From the NCBI GenBank assembly GCA_002189035.1, contig NEEC01000016.1:1302001-1366000 (forward strand): a DNA stretch of 64,000 bases, written 5' to 3'. This document shows, in pieces, positions 24,801-38,390 of the stretch (position 1 is its first letter; each line of letters begins with the position of its first letter). Below the pieces are notes generated by a model that saw only the letters and a program-made list of their open reading frames with translations, did not search any database and had not been told where the DNA came from. The stretch is from Utricularia gibba. Taxonomy: Eukaryota > Plantae > Magnoliophyta. The translations under genes were made by a program, and so were the position numbers.

Positions 24801-26783
24801 TTTTTTTATCCTAAACATAAACAATACATTTTTCTTTTATACTTCAAAACTCTAGACCCATGATTTCACCTGGATTCACAAAATCATCACTGAATAAATT
24901 TCATCTTATAATTCTTGATGAAAAATTTAAGTGAATAAAAATAATAAACACATCAAATATAAATGATAATCAAAATAATATAAAATGCTTTTAATGCAAT
25001 TAAATAATTACCATAATAGTAATCAATTTTAAATAAAACATCTCATACCCTATCTTTATTTGAGACTAATTTTTTTTCTTAAATCAAAGGATTTTTTACA
25101 TAGAATTGATTACCATTAAGAATTTATTAAATTACAAAAAATGATCATTTTTCACATACACAAATATAAAAATCCCACATTCTTCAAAGTCACTCATTGA
25201 ATTGGAGGAAACCCAATGATGTGGTTGGAGTGTTGGGATTAGGTTATTTTTTTAACCCAATGTTTTACCCTAATGAGACATTCACAAACCCTAATTGTGC
25301 ACATAATGGATCTAGGGTTAGAGAGTGAATCACCATAATAGGGCCCCCCTGAATAATGCAAAGCACATAATTGGGAATAGGTGAAGGGGTGGAGTGAATT
25401 GCTTCGTTTTGAATTTCAAAATATGCGGGAATTTTTATTTTCAAAAATTGGAAATCATTAAATGTTTTATTAATATGAAATAATTTGTTGTCATGAATTT
25501 ATTGGAGTGAAAGCCTTTCAATGTCACACACTCCCAATGCGCAACTCCTTTTTTACCTCTCAATTCAATGTTTTAATAACTCATGTCTCAATTTTAAGTT
25601 GTCAAAAACATATTTTTGAAAATATTATAGAAATTTTAAATATTTTTCTATAAGTATATTTTGTGATAGATAGAACATGTTCTATATTCTGAATTTTTGA
25701 TTCAAATTATATAGAATAGAATTTATTTTAAAATTATATGAATAGAATCATTTTAATATTATAAAAATTTTTTATATAATAGTATATAAATTAATTTTTT
25801 AAATTATTATATAACTTAATACTATGATATAAATATATTTTAAATTATATAAAAAATACATAGTATAATTTGTAATTAAATATCTTATTCAATGATTAAA
25901 ATAAGGATTTGGTAAATTTAATAATTTTTAAAGATTATAATCTTTAAGAATTAAATAGAATCACTTCAGTAAAATTTATTTACGTAACATACCTATAATA
26001 TTTGCACATAGTTTTGAATTTTTGATATTCTTAGAATGTATGTATGTTTATATTTAATTATTTACTAAATTGATAAATAATGAATTTGATGTACCCATTT
26101 TGAAAACAATTCATCCATCTATTATTCGTTTAATCCATCAGGGGAACCGATGGAAATTATTTTTAAATTGTAATTATTAGATTAATTAATTTTGTGCAAT
26201 TTATTTTCTGCATTTTAGGCGTGGATAATAAAATAAAATAATACAAAAATTGAAGGGTGAAAAGGACTTTTCAAAATTAAACTTTGGTGGCCTAACCGAT
26301 GACGGGGACTAAACGTGACCATACATATTAAAATATCCAGCTTAATATTTGACCCTTATTTTTTTATTACATGGTATTTATCGTCAACTCTTGCGAGAGT
26401 TTTTTTTTAAAAGAAAATAAAATGAGAAATTCCTTTTTGAAAAGAATAATAAAAAAATAATAACTTGGGGTGATTGACAGTTATGTGTGCGTGGGTAAAA
26501 GCTGATGAGGCTCCTAAACTCGACGCTGAAACAGGGAAACAAAAGAAGGAAGCTTTTTGAATTATTCTTCTCCAGCTTGTGACTGCGCCCACTCCACTAC
26601 ATGCATTTTATTTATTACCCCAGTTGCGTTGTGTTGCGGTTTGATGCTTTTTACTGCGGTAATTATCATCTAATAGCCACCATTCGGTGAGAGGTGGTAA
26701 CAAAAATCTTTGAAATGAATTGTTATTGATTATTAGAAGAGAAAGGGAGTGATGTGAGGGTGGAGGGAGAGAAGTAAAGAGAG

Positions 26784-26800
26784 ATGGCGGCGGGTGGCAG
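26784..26800 (+). promoter_or_regulatory. GCC-box-like element upstream of the SHI/STY gene
   Basis: ATGGCGGCGGGTGGC about 560 bp upstream of the ATG. A conserved GCC-box-like element is known from SHI-family promoters. Confidence 0.55.
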
Positions 26801-27348
26801 AACTGGGGATCTCTGCGGTCGCTGCTGGTGTTGCTGCGTCAAAGGGGACTGTAGCAGCAATTGAGAGACTGGAGAAAGAAATAAAATACAAAAGGGAAAG
26901 GGGAAAAGAAGGTCGTTGTGCTGTGCTGTGCTGTGCTGTGGTGTTTCTTTTGGGGGTTTTTTAGTTGGTGGAGGGACATAAAACGGGGGAGGAAAGAAAG
27001 AAAAGCTGACCGGCGAGAGAGAGGGAGGGAGAGGCAAAGTTAACAGGGACTCGTGGTGTTTAGGTTTTGATTGAGAAAGGAAGGGAGAGAGATCACATGC
27101 TCGATTTGCAGAGGAGAGAAGAGACACTGGTGGTGGTGGTGGTGGTACGAAGGATCTTTCAATTTCGTTCAGAATCGGAGTGCAGAAGTTGTCTGCCCCG
27201 AAACCCACAATTCAAGAATCCCGAAAACAGCAGACAACGGCGGCCCTTGTCCCCGAGCATTACTCTCACGTCGCTGTATGGATTCTTGCTTCCGAACACA
27301 ATTAATTCCTCGTCTCTCCGCAACAACAAAACCCTTTTCACTGCTACC

Positions 27349-28419
27349 ATGGCCGGTTTCTTCACCTTAGGCGCCGCCGCCGCAGGAGGAGGAGCTACGG
27401 ATCAGCCTCCGTCATCGGAGATCCATCCTGAGAATTGGTTTCTGTTGAGGAACGAGGAGTCTGTTGTTCCAGTTTCCGTACCGGTTCCCGTCCCGGTCCC
27501 GTATAGGGGTTTCGAGTTATGGCAACAGCAGCAGCAGCAGCAGCAGGGACCGGGGCAGGGAGAGAACAATCCTCTGCAGGAGCTGTACGCTTCTGCCGGA
27601 GTGCTGGCTGTGGGGCCGAGCAGGGGGGGAGGAGGGTTGGGCGATGGTTCGAGATCGGGGTTTTTGATGATGAGAAGCGGCGCTGCGTCGGCGAGCGGTG
27701 GTGGGGGAATCAGTTGTCAGGATTGTGGGAATCAGGCCAAGAAGGATTGCGCGCACATGAGATGCAGAACTTGTTGCAAGAGCAGAGGGTTTCAGTGCCA
27801 GACACATGTGAAGAGCACTTGGGTTCCGGCGGCCAAGCGGAGGGAACGTCAGCAGCAGCAGCCGGAGGCGGCAGCCACGCCGCCGAGCGGGAAGCGGCCG
27901 AGAGAGACTCCCGCCATTTCAAACTCCCTCGCTTGTACCCGCATACCCACATCCTCAGGTAATTCCAAATACACAATCCAATCAATCCATGGCTTTCCTC
28001 GTTTACTCTCAATTTTAACAAGTTCCTTACATCCAAGGGTTGGAGACTGGGGACTTCCCATCGGAAGTAACCGCTCCGGCAGTGTTCCGGTGCGTGAGAG
28101 TAAGCGCAGTCGACGAAGATCAGTTCGCTTATCAAGCTGCAGTCAACATCCGGGGCACCTATTCAAAGGGATCCTGTACGATCAAGGCACGGAAGCCCAG
28201 TACCTAGCCGCCTCCGCTGCGGGGGACACATCCTCCGGCGGGGGCAGCATCAGCGCCGGTGGCCAGCCCCTCAATCTGATAACCGGAACCTCCGCAGCGG
28301 CCACCCCCTCCGCCCCAACCGGCGGCACTGCTCTACCGTTGCTTGACCCTAGCTTCTATCCAGCTCCCATCAACAGCTTCATGGCCGGTACGCAGTTCTT
28401 CCCACAATCAAGATCTTGA
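27349..28419 (+). CDS. SRS: SHI/STY-family (SRS) RING-like zinc finger transcription factor; 1-nt frameshift in the IGGH motif in this sequence
   Basis: [46 protein letters not shown] zinc finger. A 79-nt intron at 27959-28037. Exon 2 reads [32 protein letters not shown] then, one base short, [12 protein letters not shown]. Confidence 0.93.
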   Translation: MAGFFTLGAAAAGGGATDQPPSSEIHPENWFLLRNEESVVPVSVPVPVPVPYRGFELWQQQQQQQQGPGQGENNPLQELYASAGVLAVGPSRGGGGLGDGSRSGFLMMRSGAASASGGGGISCQDCGNQAKKDCAHMRCRTCCKSRGFQCQTHVKSTWVPAAKRRERQQQQPEAAATPPSGKRPRETPAISNSLACTRIPTSSGNSKYTIQSIHGFPRLLSILTSSLHPRVGDWGLPIGSNRSGSVPVRESKRSRRRSVRLSSCSQHPGHLFKGILYDQGTEAQYLAASAAGDTSSGGGSISAGGQPLNLITGTSAAATPSAPTGGTALPLLDPSFYPAPINSFMAGTQFFPQSRS

Positions 28420-28860
28420 GAAAGAATCCAGCTTTACAATGTAATAGGAATCCTCCTCCGTGTTCCTTCAAAAATCCTTTCAAAGTGTAAACCCTAATGA
28501 CTTCCAAAGATTCATACCTCCATTCAACCATGGATTCAGGGAGGAGTTAAAGTCAAATCTTGTTTCTCACCATCTTCCCAATCCAATGCGTTAAAAGAAG
28601 ATCAGGCCAAGGTAACTCACCTCAGGGCCATTAGTTACGGCCGTAAACTGTAGAACAGGGTAACTGTAATTGATCAGAGGCATTTGGAATTTTTTACTCT
28701 CTTCAGGGAACTGGATTTTAGCAGATGATGAAGTTATTTTTTACTTTTTGGTTGGGTTACAGGAGCCCTTTTTTGTGTCTAATAGGCTTTATCGACATGC
28801 AGTCATTTCTCTAATCCCAATAAAAAACCCCCCAAATAAAACGTAATAAATGCTCATTTA

Positions 28861-29225
28861 TGACGTCAGTAAAATAATATATCCCACAAAATTCCTTCAT
28901 TTGAATTTCCGAACAACCAGAAACTCCAAAATTTTATTTTTAAGTAATTATGACGTCAGGTTGAGTGGGGACAGGGGCTTTTATAACATTTCGGCTAAAA
29001 TGCCCTAGGCCTGCCACCTGTCCCCGCCCCTTTCCTATTTATTATTCAGTGTAATAATTATTGACTTTTTTATTGCCTTGATTGCGTTTGCATCAATTTT
29101 TCTTTTTCTTTTTTTTTAATTATGAGATAAATAAAGGCCACGCGGTAGAATAGAGGCCATGGAAGAAATCCGTGGGGTGTTCTCTGGAAGGCCCATTTGT
29201 GAAACGTTGGAGGCCCAGGCCCATC
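28861..29225. promoter_or_regulatory. Candidate 3' regulatory motif cluster downstream of the SRS gene
   Basis: TGACGTCA palindromes at 28861 and 28951, an inverted pair GGGGACAGG (28967) / CCTGTCCCC (29017), and GGCCCA motifs at ~29190-29225. Confidence 0.35.
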
Positions 29226-29329
29226 ATGGAGAAATGTTTGGTTTGAGGTGTTGTTTCGGACATTTACATTTGTGTAGTGAGTTGTGATCTCTTTCCCTTT
29301 GTCCCCGTCAATGGAGAAATGTAACCAAT

Positions 29330-29560
29330 TTTGATTATGTGCAGATCGTAACCTAGTAATATATCTCCCCATCAATTGCTCATCAGTTTCTTGCAAGTCC
29401 ACATGAGCGATAAGTTGATAGAACTCCATAGTGTTTAGAGAAGAAACGTGTACCGAAAATGCTTCTGAAGAAATGATAAACGATGTAAGAAAAATTATGA
29501 TTCAAACCTCAATAAAGATCTACATTATTGGTTTATAAATGAACAATTTATGAGAAATTC
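29330..29560 (-). pseudogene. Ty3/gypsy gag fragment
   Basis: MEFYQLIAHVDLQETDEQLMGRYITRLRS resembles the gypsy gag motif EEFYQLxxRxDLxETxEQLVARYIGGLR. Confidence 0.55.
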
Positions 29561-30630
29561 TAATGAATAAAAAAGGAAGTTAAGCATGGTCTTCAGATGC
29601 TGGATTATCTCCATGCAAATAATCTGGATTTTGTTGATTTAATTCACTGATTGTCACTTCATTACAACTATGGGTTCATGGATATTGTACCATATAGTTT
29701 CAGGCAATCAAGTTGTAGGGAGAAGGATTGGTGGAGTTGGGTTATGTTGAATTATTTGGATACTCATGTCAACCGTTTTGGTTCATCATTTTCTTCTTTT
29801 TTTTCCCAAGTGAGTATTTTGCCTTTGTTCATACGATTCCATGATAGTTTGAGTTGTTGCTATCATGCAAATACACGACCTATCAAGTAAGTTATTATTA
29901 ATGAGACCTTATACTCCAACATTTGAATGAACTCAAATATACTATTCACTATTAAAATCCACTCAAAGAGTTCCTCATTGTGTAACCTAGGATACATAAA
30001 TGCAAGTGCATGGATTCTTCGATTTGAGTGCATTGATTCGTGATTTGAAAAATTATGAGTGTATGGGTATAATATTGATAAAATACTAAAATAAATAATT
30101 TATAATCAAATACTAAAATAAAATAACTTTTAATCAAAAATTGAATATTCATAAAAGACAAATAAAAATTAAAATGATAATTGATAAACAATGATTGTCG
30201 TACTTTGAATGATGGCAATCCATGAGTGATTATCGACGATTTTAGATAAAGATGTAATAAAATATGAAAAAAATCTAATGAATGAATTAAGATTTTTATA
30301 AATTAATTAAATGAATCATATTTATTATTAAAATTAGTAATTAAAAATATGAAAATAAAAAACAATCAATACGACAAATTTGCATTGGATTCACTGTATG
30401 TGCACACTCAATACCTAGGAATCACCAATTCTAACGAATCAGTGATTCACAACCTATAACCCAACATGAAATTCTTGAAATTTATATGAAAATCCTTGTT
30501 TCTATCGTTGAACTCCATAACTTAGACAAGGATAGTCTTCAGAGTTCAAGTTATTGAATATAGGTAGATTGAAAGTTCTATGATCTTGATTAGAAGAGAA
30601 TTGGTTTACTCTTTACATAAATAATGCTTT

Positions 30631-31170
30631 TGTTGTGGTCGAAAATCGGCACTAAGGCGAAAACCGATTTTGGGGTTACAGGCAATGCCGAACGAGTCGT
30701 ATCTGATTTAGATATTAGTATTTTGGGTGATACGATGCGGTTGACATGAATGAAGATAGATAGTGATTTCAATATGGAAACCGTCGAAGAATGGAAAAAC
30801 CACGGAGCTATTGGAACTCGCCGAAAAATGGTTTTACTAAACGGAAGTGAAGAAAAGATATAAGTTAGAAGACCAGGAGTTCAATACTTTATTCATCAGG
30901 TTTCCTCACATTTATAGAGGATGCCAATCTGACCAAATTCTAAATCATGTCGATGTCGTCTACTTTTTGCTTCGCTAATCGTACACTAGTACTGCTACCA
31001 GATAACCGTTGACTGTTATGATATCGCTGCAATTCGGCTACTTTTTAGTACTGCATTAAATGTACTTGTATTGGCCAACTCGGTTTATACTGGGTCGATT
31101 TCCTAATTCGTCTACTCGGGGATTTCTAAGCTTCCTCCTCCAGGAGGCATGTGCCGATTTCGAGCTATCA
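30631..31170 (-). mobile_element. LTR-like fragment
   Basis: On the minus strand it begins TGATAGC, carries CTATAAATG followed by AATAAAG (U3/R layout) and ends ..ACAACA. No TSD was found. Confidence 0.45.
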
Positions 31171-31725
31171 AGTCTTTTTTTATATTATTTCTAATTTAGT
31201 TTCATCTATGACTTGTGATGCCCTTAATTAAAAATATCCATTTTTATCCCTTATCTCATTGAAGCCATCTTCATTGCCTTTCTTCTAACACCAACTGATC
31301 AGGAAAGTCTATTTCAAAAATCATTTCAATTTTTTAAATTATCTTAAATATGTTGTAGACTCTCAAGGAAACAGATATAGGAAGACAAATGAAAGATTTT
31401 AATTGAAAACAAATTTTAAACACTTTGAATTTTATTTTCTTAATAAATCTATAATTTTTTAATGTAAATCTATTTGAAAAAATATTCAAAATTTTATGAC
31501 ATTTTCGTGTTATTCATTTAATTTTGTAACATTTGAAAATTTATAATATATTATATTAACAGATTAAATCGTGCTTTTAAAAAAACATAGTCTATATTAC
31601 CATATTTGATTAACATTCATCAAATAGCACTATTATATATATATATTGGCTACATAACCATACTTTTTATATATCATATTTAATATAAAAATAACTAATT
31701 TTTAGTTATAGAAAATTGAAATATA

Positions 31726-31728
<3 letters not shown>

Positions 31729-31757
<29 letters not shown>
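31729..31757. repeat. (AT)n microsatellite
   Basis: Uninterrupted ATAT.. run of about 29 bp. Confidence 0.9.
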
Positions 31758-31760
<3 letters not shown>

Positions 31761-32589
31761 GTTATTTCGATTTTATGTTCTTATTTATTCAAAAATTTAG
31801 AATTATAGAGATAGGTAAATAATATGTCTATTTATAAATTTATAAATAATAACATATAATTAAAATATCAATTATATTTATATATGTTTATATTTCAATT
31901 TTTTGGAAATAAAAATCAGTTTATTTATTATATTAAATATGATATATAAAAAGTGGGATTGTTTAGGAAATAAAAATATAAAATGTTTACTAAATATTAT
32001 AATTATATATTTTATATTTTTTGGTTGTATATTAATGAAGATGTTTTAAAAAAATATAGCAAGGAAATTATAATATTGGTAAATGTGGTATATTAGATTA
32101 GTTGTTTATTGAGTTTGATAATATTTTGATTTATAAATTGGTTTTGGGTGTGAGTAATTTTTAACATATTAAAATATAAAGTTTTTAAAAATTTGACTTC
32201 TTTGTTCTATTGATATCATGTGAATATAAATATGATTATATTAAGAAAGACAAGTATTTAGTATTTATATCAATTTATAATGTATATTATAATTCTCTAT
32301 TTTTTATTTTTTCAATCATTATTTTTTCTATATCAATAAAATTAATCCGTTTGAATATTTTTTTTATTACAATAATTCATAGCATTAAAGGTAAACTAAT
32401 GTATTTTAATGTATAAAATCATACATTTTAATAAAATAAAAACATTATAATAATAAAATTAAAAGAAAAAATATTTTCAAAATAAAAAAACAAATAACAG
32501 TTATTTTGATGAATGGAAAAAAACAGGCATTTTGATAAAAGAAATTTTTTTGACATAAGTATTTAACTAAATTTCTGCATATTCATGTG

Positions 32590-32930
32590 GCAATTACTGA
32601 GCCTTCATCACGAAAAACATAACTTTCAAGCAACATGTTGATCAGCATCGTTGTGCAGTCGATTTTGTGTTTGGAGATGTCGATTGGGTAATCATTTACA
32701 AGGAGTGTTACTCTGCTCATGTTTATCATACGCTAACAAATAGGAAGATTGGTCATATGGAGATTATGGCAGATATCAATACTGATACATTAAGGTTTGG
32801 CTTCCCTCAATTATTTACACTTTCAAAATTGAGTACTTGGTACCATATGTTCCTCTTGTAACTAACTTAAATGGAAGTTCTCTCTCAAGATTGATTATGA
32901 TTTTATAGTCTAAACCCAAGTTTTTTTATT
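32590..32930 (+). pseudogene. Ty3/gypsy integrase C-terminal remnant
   Basis: QHVDQHRCAVDFVFGDVDWV..YSAHVYHTLTNRKIGHMEIMADINT..LVPYV resembles the gypsy integrase tail F-x-VGDxVW..YNKLxxRKIGPxEVLEKINxNAYRL..HLVPY. Frameshifted. Confidence 0.6.
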
Positions 32931-33680
32931 AGGGAGTACAATTTTCAACTATTAAAATTCTCATGTCCTTGTTCTCCTTTATTGGGTAAATGGAGTAATC
33001 CTTTTACCTCAATTTATTGTGTGTTTTCAGATGCATCTACTTTTATTATGTACCATTAATTTCATCTTCTTCTTCATTTTCTTTTTTTTTTTCCCTCTAT
33101 GAAGGATTACTATAAATCATAGAATGAATAAGGTAATAACAGGTCACCTTATTGTAATCCTCTTGCAAGTCTAATGAGACCTCCCTAGTTTCATTCACAA
33201 TTACTTTATACAGTACTAATTATTCCATGAGCATTATCAACTTTATTATAATAGTCATAAAAAAATTCTCTCCATAACCTATTGCATTAATAGCCACTCT
33301 AGCTTATCATATGTTTATTGAGATCCAATTTCATAAAATTTTATTGATTGGATTTATTATATTATTGTATTTTTTATTAAAAAAGGTAAAAAAATTTTTT
33401 TATAAAATAAATTCTTCTAAAAATATTTGCAATCATAATTGAAATTCATCATAAAAACATATGTTTTTAAAACATTAAAACATTTCGTTACAAAAACATT
33501 CAGCACTATATTAATTTCCCAAAATCAATCACATCGGTGTATTATAACGAGGTCGTACTTAATCAAAATGATTAGGTTGAAAAAGTTGCGTGACTGACGA
33601 GTCACAGAACGACACGTGTCAAATTCTGAGGGCTTAATTTTAGCGTGTGAAGACGAATCAATGTAATTGGTGGATAGAAA

Positions 33681-34846
33681 ATGTTGGCCAGTGTTGGGAA
33701 GCCTTGGGTTTTTTCTGCTTTTTCCTCGTGGAAACGTCGCGGTCCAAACAAGGTTTGCCTCCAAAGGTTGGATTTTCCGAGGGAGTTGAGTTGCAGAGGG
33801 TCGGTTTTGGGGGTTTCTAGAAGCGTAAAGCGGATTATTATGAAGGCTTTTTCTGAGTTTTCCAGAACTGTGGGGGATGAGGGGACTAGCGCACTTGAGC
33901 AAGAACCCATGGTTGGAGAAAGGTCTCCGGATCTTGGTAGAGGCTGGCTCGAAGCTACTCTCAATAATTTGGTAGGAAAGTTCCTCTGTACTTGATGCTG
34001 AGTTTACCTTCCTAACTGCCCACTTGATTGATGATAAAATGCCAGAACTAATCCCGCTTTGTTACGCTTAAGATTTGGATTGGTGTATTGCTGGTAATCA
34101 CACGAGTGCTCCCAGTTTCTCGATATTTAATGCTTTGTTTCATTTCCTTGCCACAGAGCAAATGGCTCATTTCAGGACTTTTCGCTGTGATCATTCTAGT
34201 GAGGCATGATCCAGAGGCATTGTGGGCTTCCATTGGAGCCATTCTCAATGCTTTGCTTTCAATGCAATTGAAGAAGATCATAAACCAAGAAAGACCTCTC
34301 CCTACATCCAGACCTGATCCCGGAATGCCTTCTTCTCATGCACAAGCCATATTTTTCGCTGTTGCCTTTGTGAACTTATCATGTAAGCTCTATATAAAAA
34401 ATGTTATAGCTCATATTGCTACATTTGCTCGTTCTAAAACTCCAAAGCTGCATTTTGCTTGTTAACACACAGTGATTGAATGGCTTGGAATGAATGCTCT
34501 CACAACCACACTATCCGCCTTTTCCTTCACAGTTGGGTGCTACTTGGTAAGTACACTACAGTTCACTGTGTTATCTTTGAATGAAATGGCTGGTAACTTG
34601 GTAAACTCTATGCTTTTGCAGTCATGGCTTCGGGTCTCGCAGCGACATCATACACTTAACCAGGTAGCCGTAGGAGCTGTAACCGGCTCTGTTTTTGCTG
34701 TTCTATGGTTCTGGTCCTGGCATGCCTTTGTGTTGAATTATTTCACATCCTCTATATGGGCAAGGACTGTGATTATTCTTGGGGTACTTTTCTTTTGTTC
34801 TGGGTTTTTGATACATGTTTGGCGCAAGTGGCTTTTGGATGAATGA
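33681..34846 (+). CDS. LPPE: Lipid phosphate phosphatase epsilon, chloroplastic (PAP2 family)
   Basis: Transit-peptide-like N-terminus. PAP2 motifs LKKIINQERP, DPGMPSSHAQ and SWLRVSQRHHTLNQV. Four exons (33681-33971, 34158-34382, 34472-34546, 34622-34846, approximate) join in frame. Confidence 0.92.
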
Positions 34847-35277
34847 TGAATAGGATTGTACAGTGTTGCAACAAATTTTTGGAATCATCAGAGTAGACTG
34901 CAACTGGCATTTGATATCCCTTTTCACAGGGTTTATACCAAATCAGTAACAATGGAATGACCACTGACTTGTTTTGGAGCACAGAAGCTCAAAATTGTAC
35001 AATAGCACCAACTACTAACAAACATGCATCAAATCCCCTACACCACAACCCATACAACGTATTTAAGAGAAAGCAAAACATGTACAAACGAATCTATGAT
35101 CTTAAGCCATAATCGGCATCATATAGTGTGTGCAGCTAGCCTCCTACGCTTTTCATCGAGTTCATGAATTCAGAAGTAGCAAGGCATCCTAACCAATGGA
35201 TTGGTATATCGACATGATTAAAATTTGCCGTTCCTTCTTATTCTTCCAAATGGCTGTAGTCTGCACTAACAGGATGT

Positions 35278-36981
35278 TCACTGGGAGGGCTTCTGTTCAG
35301 CCATGGGAGGTAGAGATTCACCTGAAAAACTTGGTCTTCCGCTTTGGAAGTAAGAGTATGCTAGAGAAGCTACAACTACCGTGACTCCTGTGGCAAACGT
35401 GCCCCAGATCCATTTCTGCCTTCTCTTCCTTCTTAGTCTCAGTTGCCGTGATTTCTCTGTTATGAAATAAGGACAGCACATGAGCTCAATAAAGTGGTAA
35501 TTTTTATCTCCATGTAAAACGATTTGAGGTAAGAAACTGACCCACAATCTCTTGATTTCTTTGAGACATCTCCTGGTTCACAGCTTCATAATAGCGAAGT
35601 TTATCACACAGGCGAGCAATCTCAGTGTTCTTCATACTTACTTGAGCTTCCATCTCCTTCTCAACCTCGGCTTTTGCAAGCTCCCTTCCAATCAGCCCAG
35701 ACACAAAGTATGAAACAAGCACTTGCTGACAGATATCAGGCACAGAATCAGCTGGTTGCTCGTCAGGTGGGTAAGAACTTGGGGCCTCTGGAAGTCTTAA
35801 ACCAACATCTGATAGTTGATCACGAATCCTCCTCCACTGACATCTCATGTTATTCAGAACCTCTTCAGCTTGCTTCCTTTTCTCGATCTCCATTAGCAAA
35901 CTCATCCTCATCCCACGCAGCTCATTTTCTGTACGGGGTGTTGAGAGCTGATATCCACTTTCTGATGACAATTCTGAAACATGAGATGCAGATTATGTTA
36001 TTAAAGCATCATTACAACACGTAAAAGAAGAATAATATTTTGATCAGCAAAAAGAATGACACCTTCCCACGCGTCATAGAATTCAGAGAGAGGCGTCGTA
36101 GGATTTAAATTGCGCTCAGCTCCACAATTTCCTTCATCTTCGGCGATGCTCCTAGCAGTCACCAAGTCATGTGGGTTGATAAAATCCTCATTTTCACTAT
36201 CCTTTGCCAAGTCAAATTCGGCATAATTCATCCCACCATTTTGCTCAGGGATTCCTGTATCATCATTTGTTCCATGTCTATCATCACAAATGCTAGCAGT
36301 AGCAGAATCTTGAGGTCTCACAGGTTTACCATTACAGCCATCGTTTGACACTGCTGCCACATCCCCATTTTCTCTCAAATTGATCCCACTAGTGCTCTGC
36401 TTGCAACTCAAAATATCCTCCTCAGAGAAACTCTTCGCCAGTCTTGGGCCCCGACGCTTGTGGTTGATAATGTAAGGAGAAGGTGAGAATTGCGAAGGAG
36501 AATCAGGAAGAGGGGTTGAGACTGGCGTAGCATAGAGGGCAGGAGAAATTTCTGTCCAATGATCTTTTCTTTCCACAACTGTTCCAGCTGAAGCTGATGA
36601 GCCATTTGTTTCGTAAGGAACTGGAATTTCTTTATCCAGCTTAGCGCTCAAGAGGAGGCTAGTACCCCTGTCCAGCTTTGGAATGGTAGGGATATTGCCA
36701 TCGCTCTCCAAATTAGGAGCTGAAGAAAGGCTAGCTCCTCTTTCATGCTTTCGGTTCAAAGGAATGCTAGCACCTCTGATAAGATAAGGATTTGGAGGAA
36801 GACTAGAGCCCCTCACCTCCATCTTAGAATAGTTCCCATTCATTGAGGTTCCATTTCTTGGATTGGCAGTCACAGGTCTTCTCTGACTTTCAGGATCAAA
36901 AGGTGTTCTCACAAGTTCCATTGAGCTCATATTATCAGATTCTATAAATCTATCCAAAGCTGAAGCTGAAAAAGTCGGCAT
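35278..36981 (-). CDS. Uncharacterised plant protein (MPTFSAxALDR family) with coiled coil and C-terminal TM anchor
   Basis: MPTFSASALDR N-terminus, SPALYATP..PDSPS.FSPSPYIINHKRRGPRL, EFYDAWE/ELSSESG, EIARLCDKLRYYEAVNQEMSQRNQE and RKRRQKWIWG plus a hydrophobic tail. Three exons in frame. Resembles the Arabidopsis At3g50910/At5g66480 family (from recall). Confidence 0.85.
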
Positions 36982-37899
36982 GGTTGTCTACTAACAAATA
37001 ACTCCTGCACACAAAATAAAAGTCAATCCAAAACAAAATTCATAAGTAGCATCCAACAGCCGATAGATGCAAAACAATTTCCAACAGTCGTAACATAATA
37101 TTTTTTGTCTCATTAGAACAAAGCATAAGTAAATAATCTTATGCCACCGAAAAATCTGAGGAACTCTGAGTAACGCCCATGAAAATCAAAGTTCCCAAAC
37201 CTCACATACCACGTAGCTTCCCAACGAGGCAAGGAGAGACTTAGAAAGAGCCGTAGTCCCTACCGCACAAAACCAACACATTAGATTAACACGCACGTCT
37301 TGACGGAGCAATGAAAAAAAAAACGAACAAAAAAACACCCAGCTTCATAGAAGAACCTGACAGGTAGGTAACATGAACAGATGGCGAATAATCACCAGAA
37401 TAAAGAAGAAAAGAAATAAAACCTCATCTCATATTCCCTAAGCGAGACGCGAATCGAAAGCTGGATCCATGAGACGACGATTCTCTCTTTCTCTCTCTCA
37501 AGCCTGCCCTGCCCGCCCTAGAAGAAGAAGAGAGGCGAGAGAGAAACAGCCCGGCAACGTATCTCTGCGCTGCTATTTCGATTCCATTTGTGGTGGGAAC
37601 AGACTGCTCGCCCGATGTCGTTGAACGATTCTCATACACCTGGTCCCGGCCCCCCGAGCTGAAGACGAAAAATTCAAATCTGAATTTCATAGCAGAACGG
37701 CGACACCCGTCCATCTAGGGCTACAAAACTCGGTCCGGCCCACGATGCATCGAATGTCACGCCATATCCGCATTTTCTCATTACTTACCTAATATTAATA
37801 AAAATTTCCTTTCCCATACCGAAGAAACAGAAAAAAATAATCTATAATAACCGGCTAATTTCTCCATCAAAGCGCAAATACGTGTGTTTTGTAATTTAG

Positions 37900-38390
37900 G
37901 CGTACCCAGTACGCACCTTATATGTGCCCCATATGCGTGTATATAAATATGTTTCGATACGTCGTTATTATTAAAAAAATTAAAATATATTATTATATTT
38001 TTATTGTTTCCATGACTACCAACCATCCACCACCATACATCATTTGATTTTTCCGACACGTCGTTATTATTAAAAAAATTAAAATTATATTTAGTCTTAT
38101 TGTTTCCATGACTCTACCAACCATTTATCACCATATATCATTTAATTTTTCCCCCTCTAATGACTGAATTTCTACTTTTTTTCATCAATATTTTTTAGAT
38201 TATTATCATTTATCAAATATCATTAATAATTGATATATTTTACATTAATAAAATAATAAAAATAATAAATTTTAAATGAATATATCGAAATGATATATAA
38301 TATAATACTTTTTAAATTTGTTGTATTCATATCTCCATACTCACGTACCCGTATCCATACAAATGACACACCCATACCCGTGCTTTGTAG
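37900..38390. repeat. Small non-autonomous repeat containing a ~100-bp tandem duplication
   Basis: CGA(T/C)ACGTCGTTATTATTAAAAAAATTAAAA..TTGTTTCCATGACT..ACCAACCAT occurs twice (~37955 and ~38055). Flanked by GTACCC(A/G)GTA-type motifs. Confidence 0.55.

Noticed and set aside
26723-27208. 161-aa proline-rich minus-strand ORF
   Set aside because: It is the reverse complement of the purine-rich, microsatellite-containing SRS promoter/leader.
27067-28419. 450-aa ORF as the true SRS protein
   Set aside because: It includes 5' leader before the ATG at 27349 and reads through the canonical intron. The conserved exon-2 sequence is in another frame.
30631-31170. Complete solo LTR call
   Set aside because: Termini look LTR-like but no 4-6-bp TSD matches either candidate left end, so it is kept only as a low-confidence fragment.
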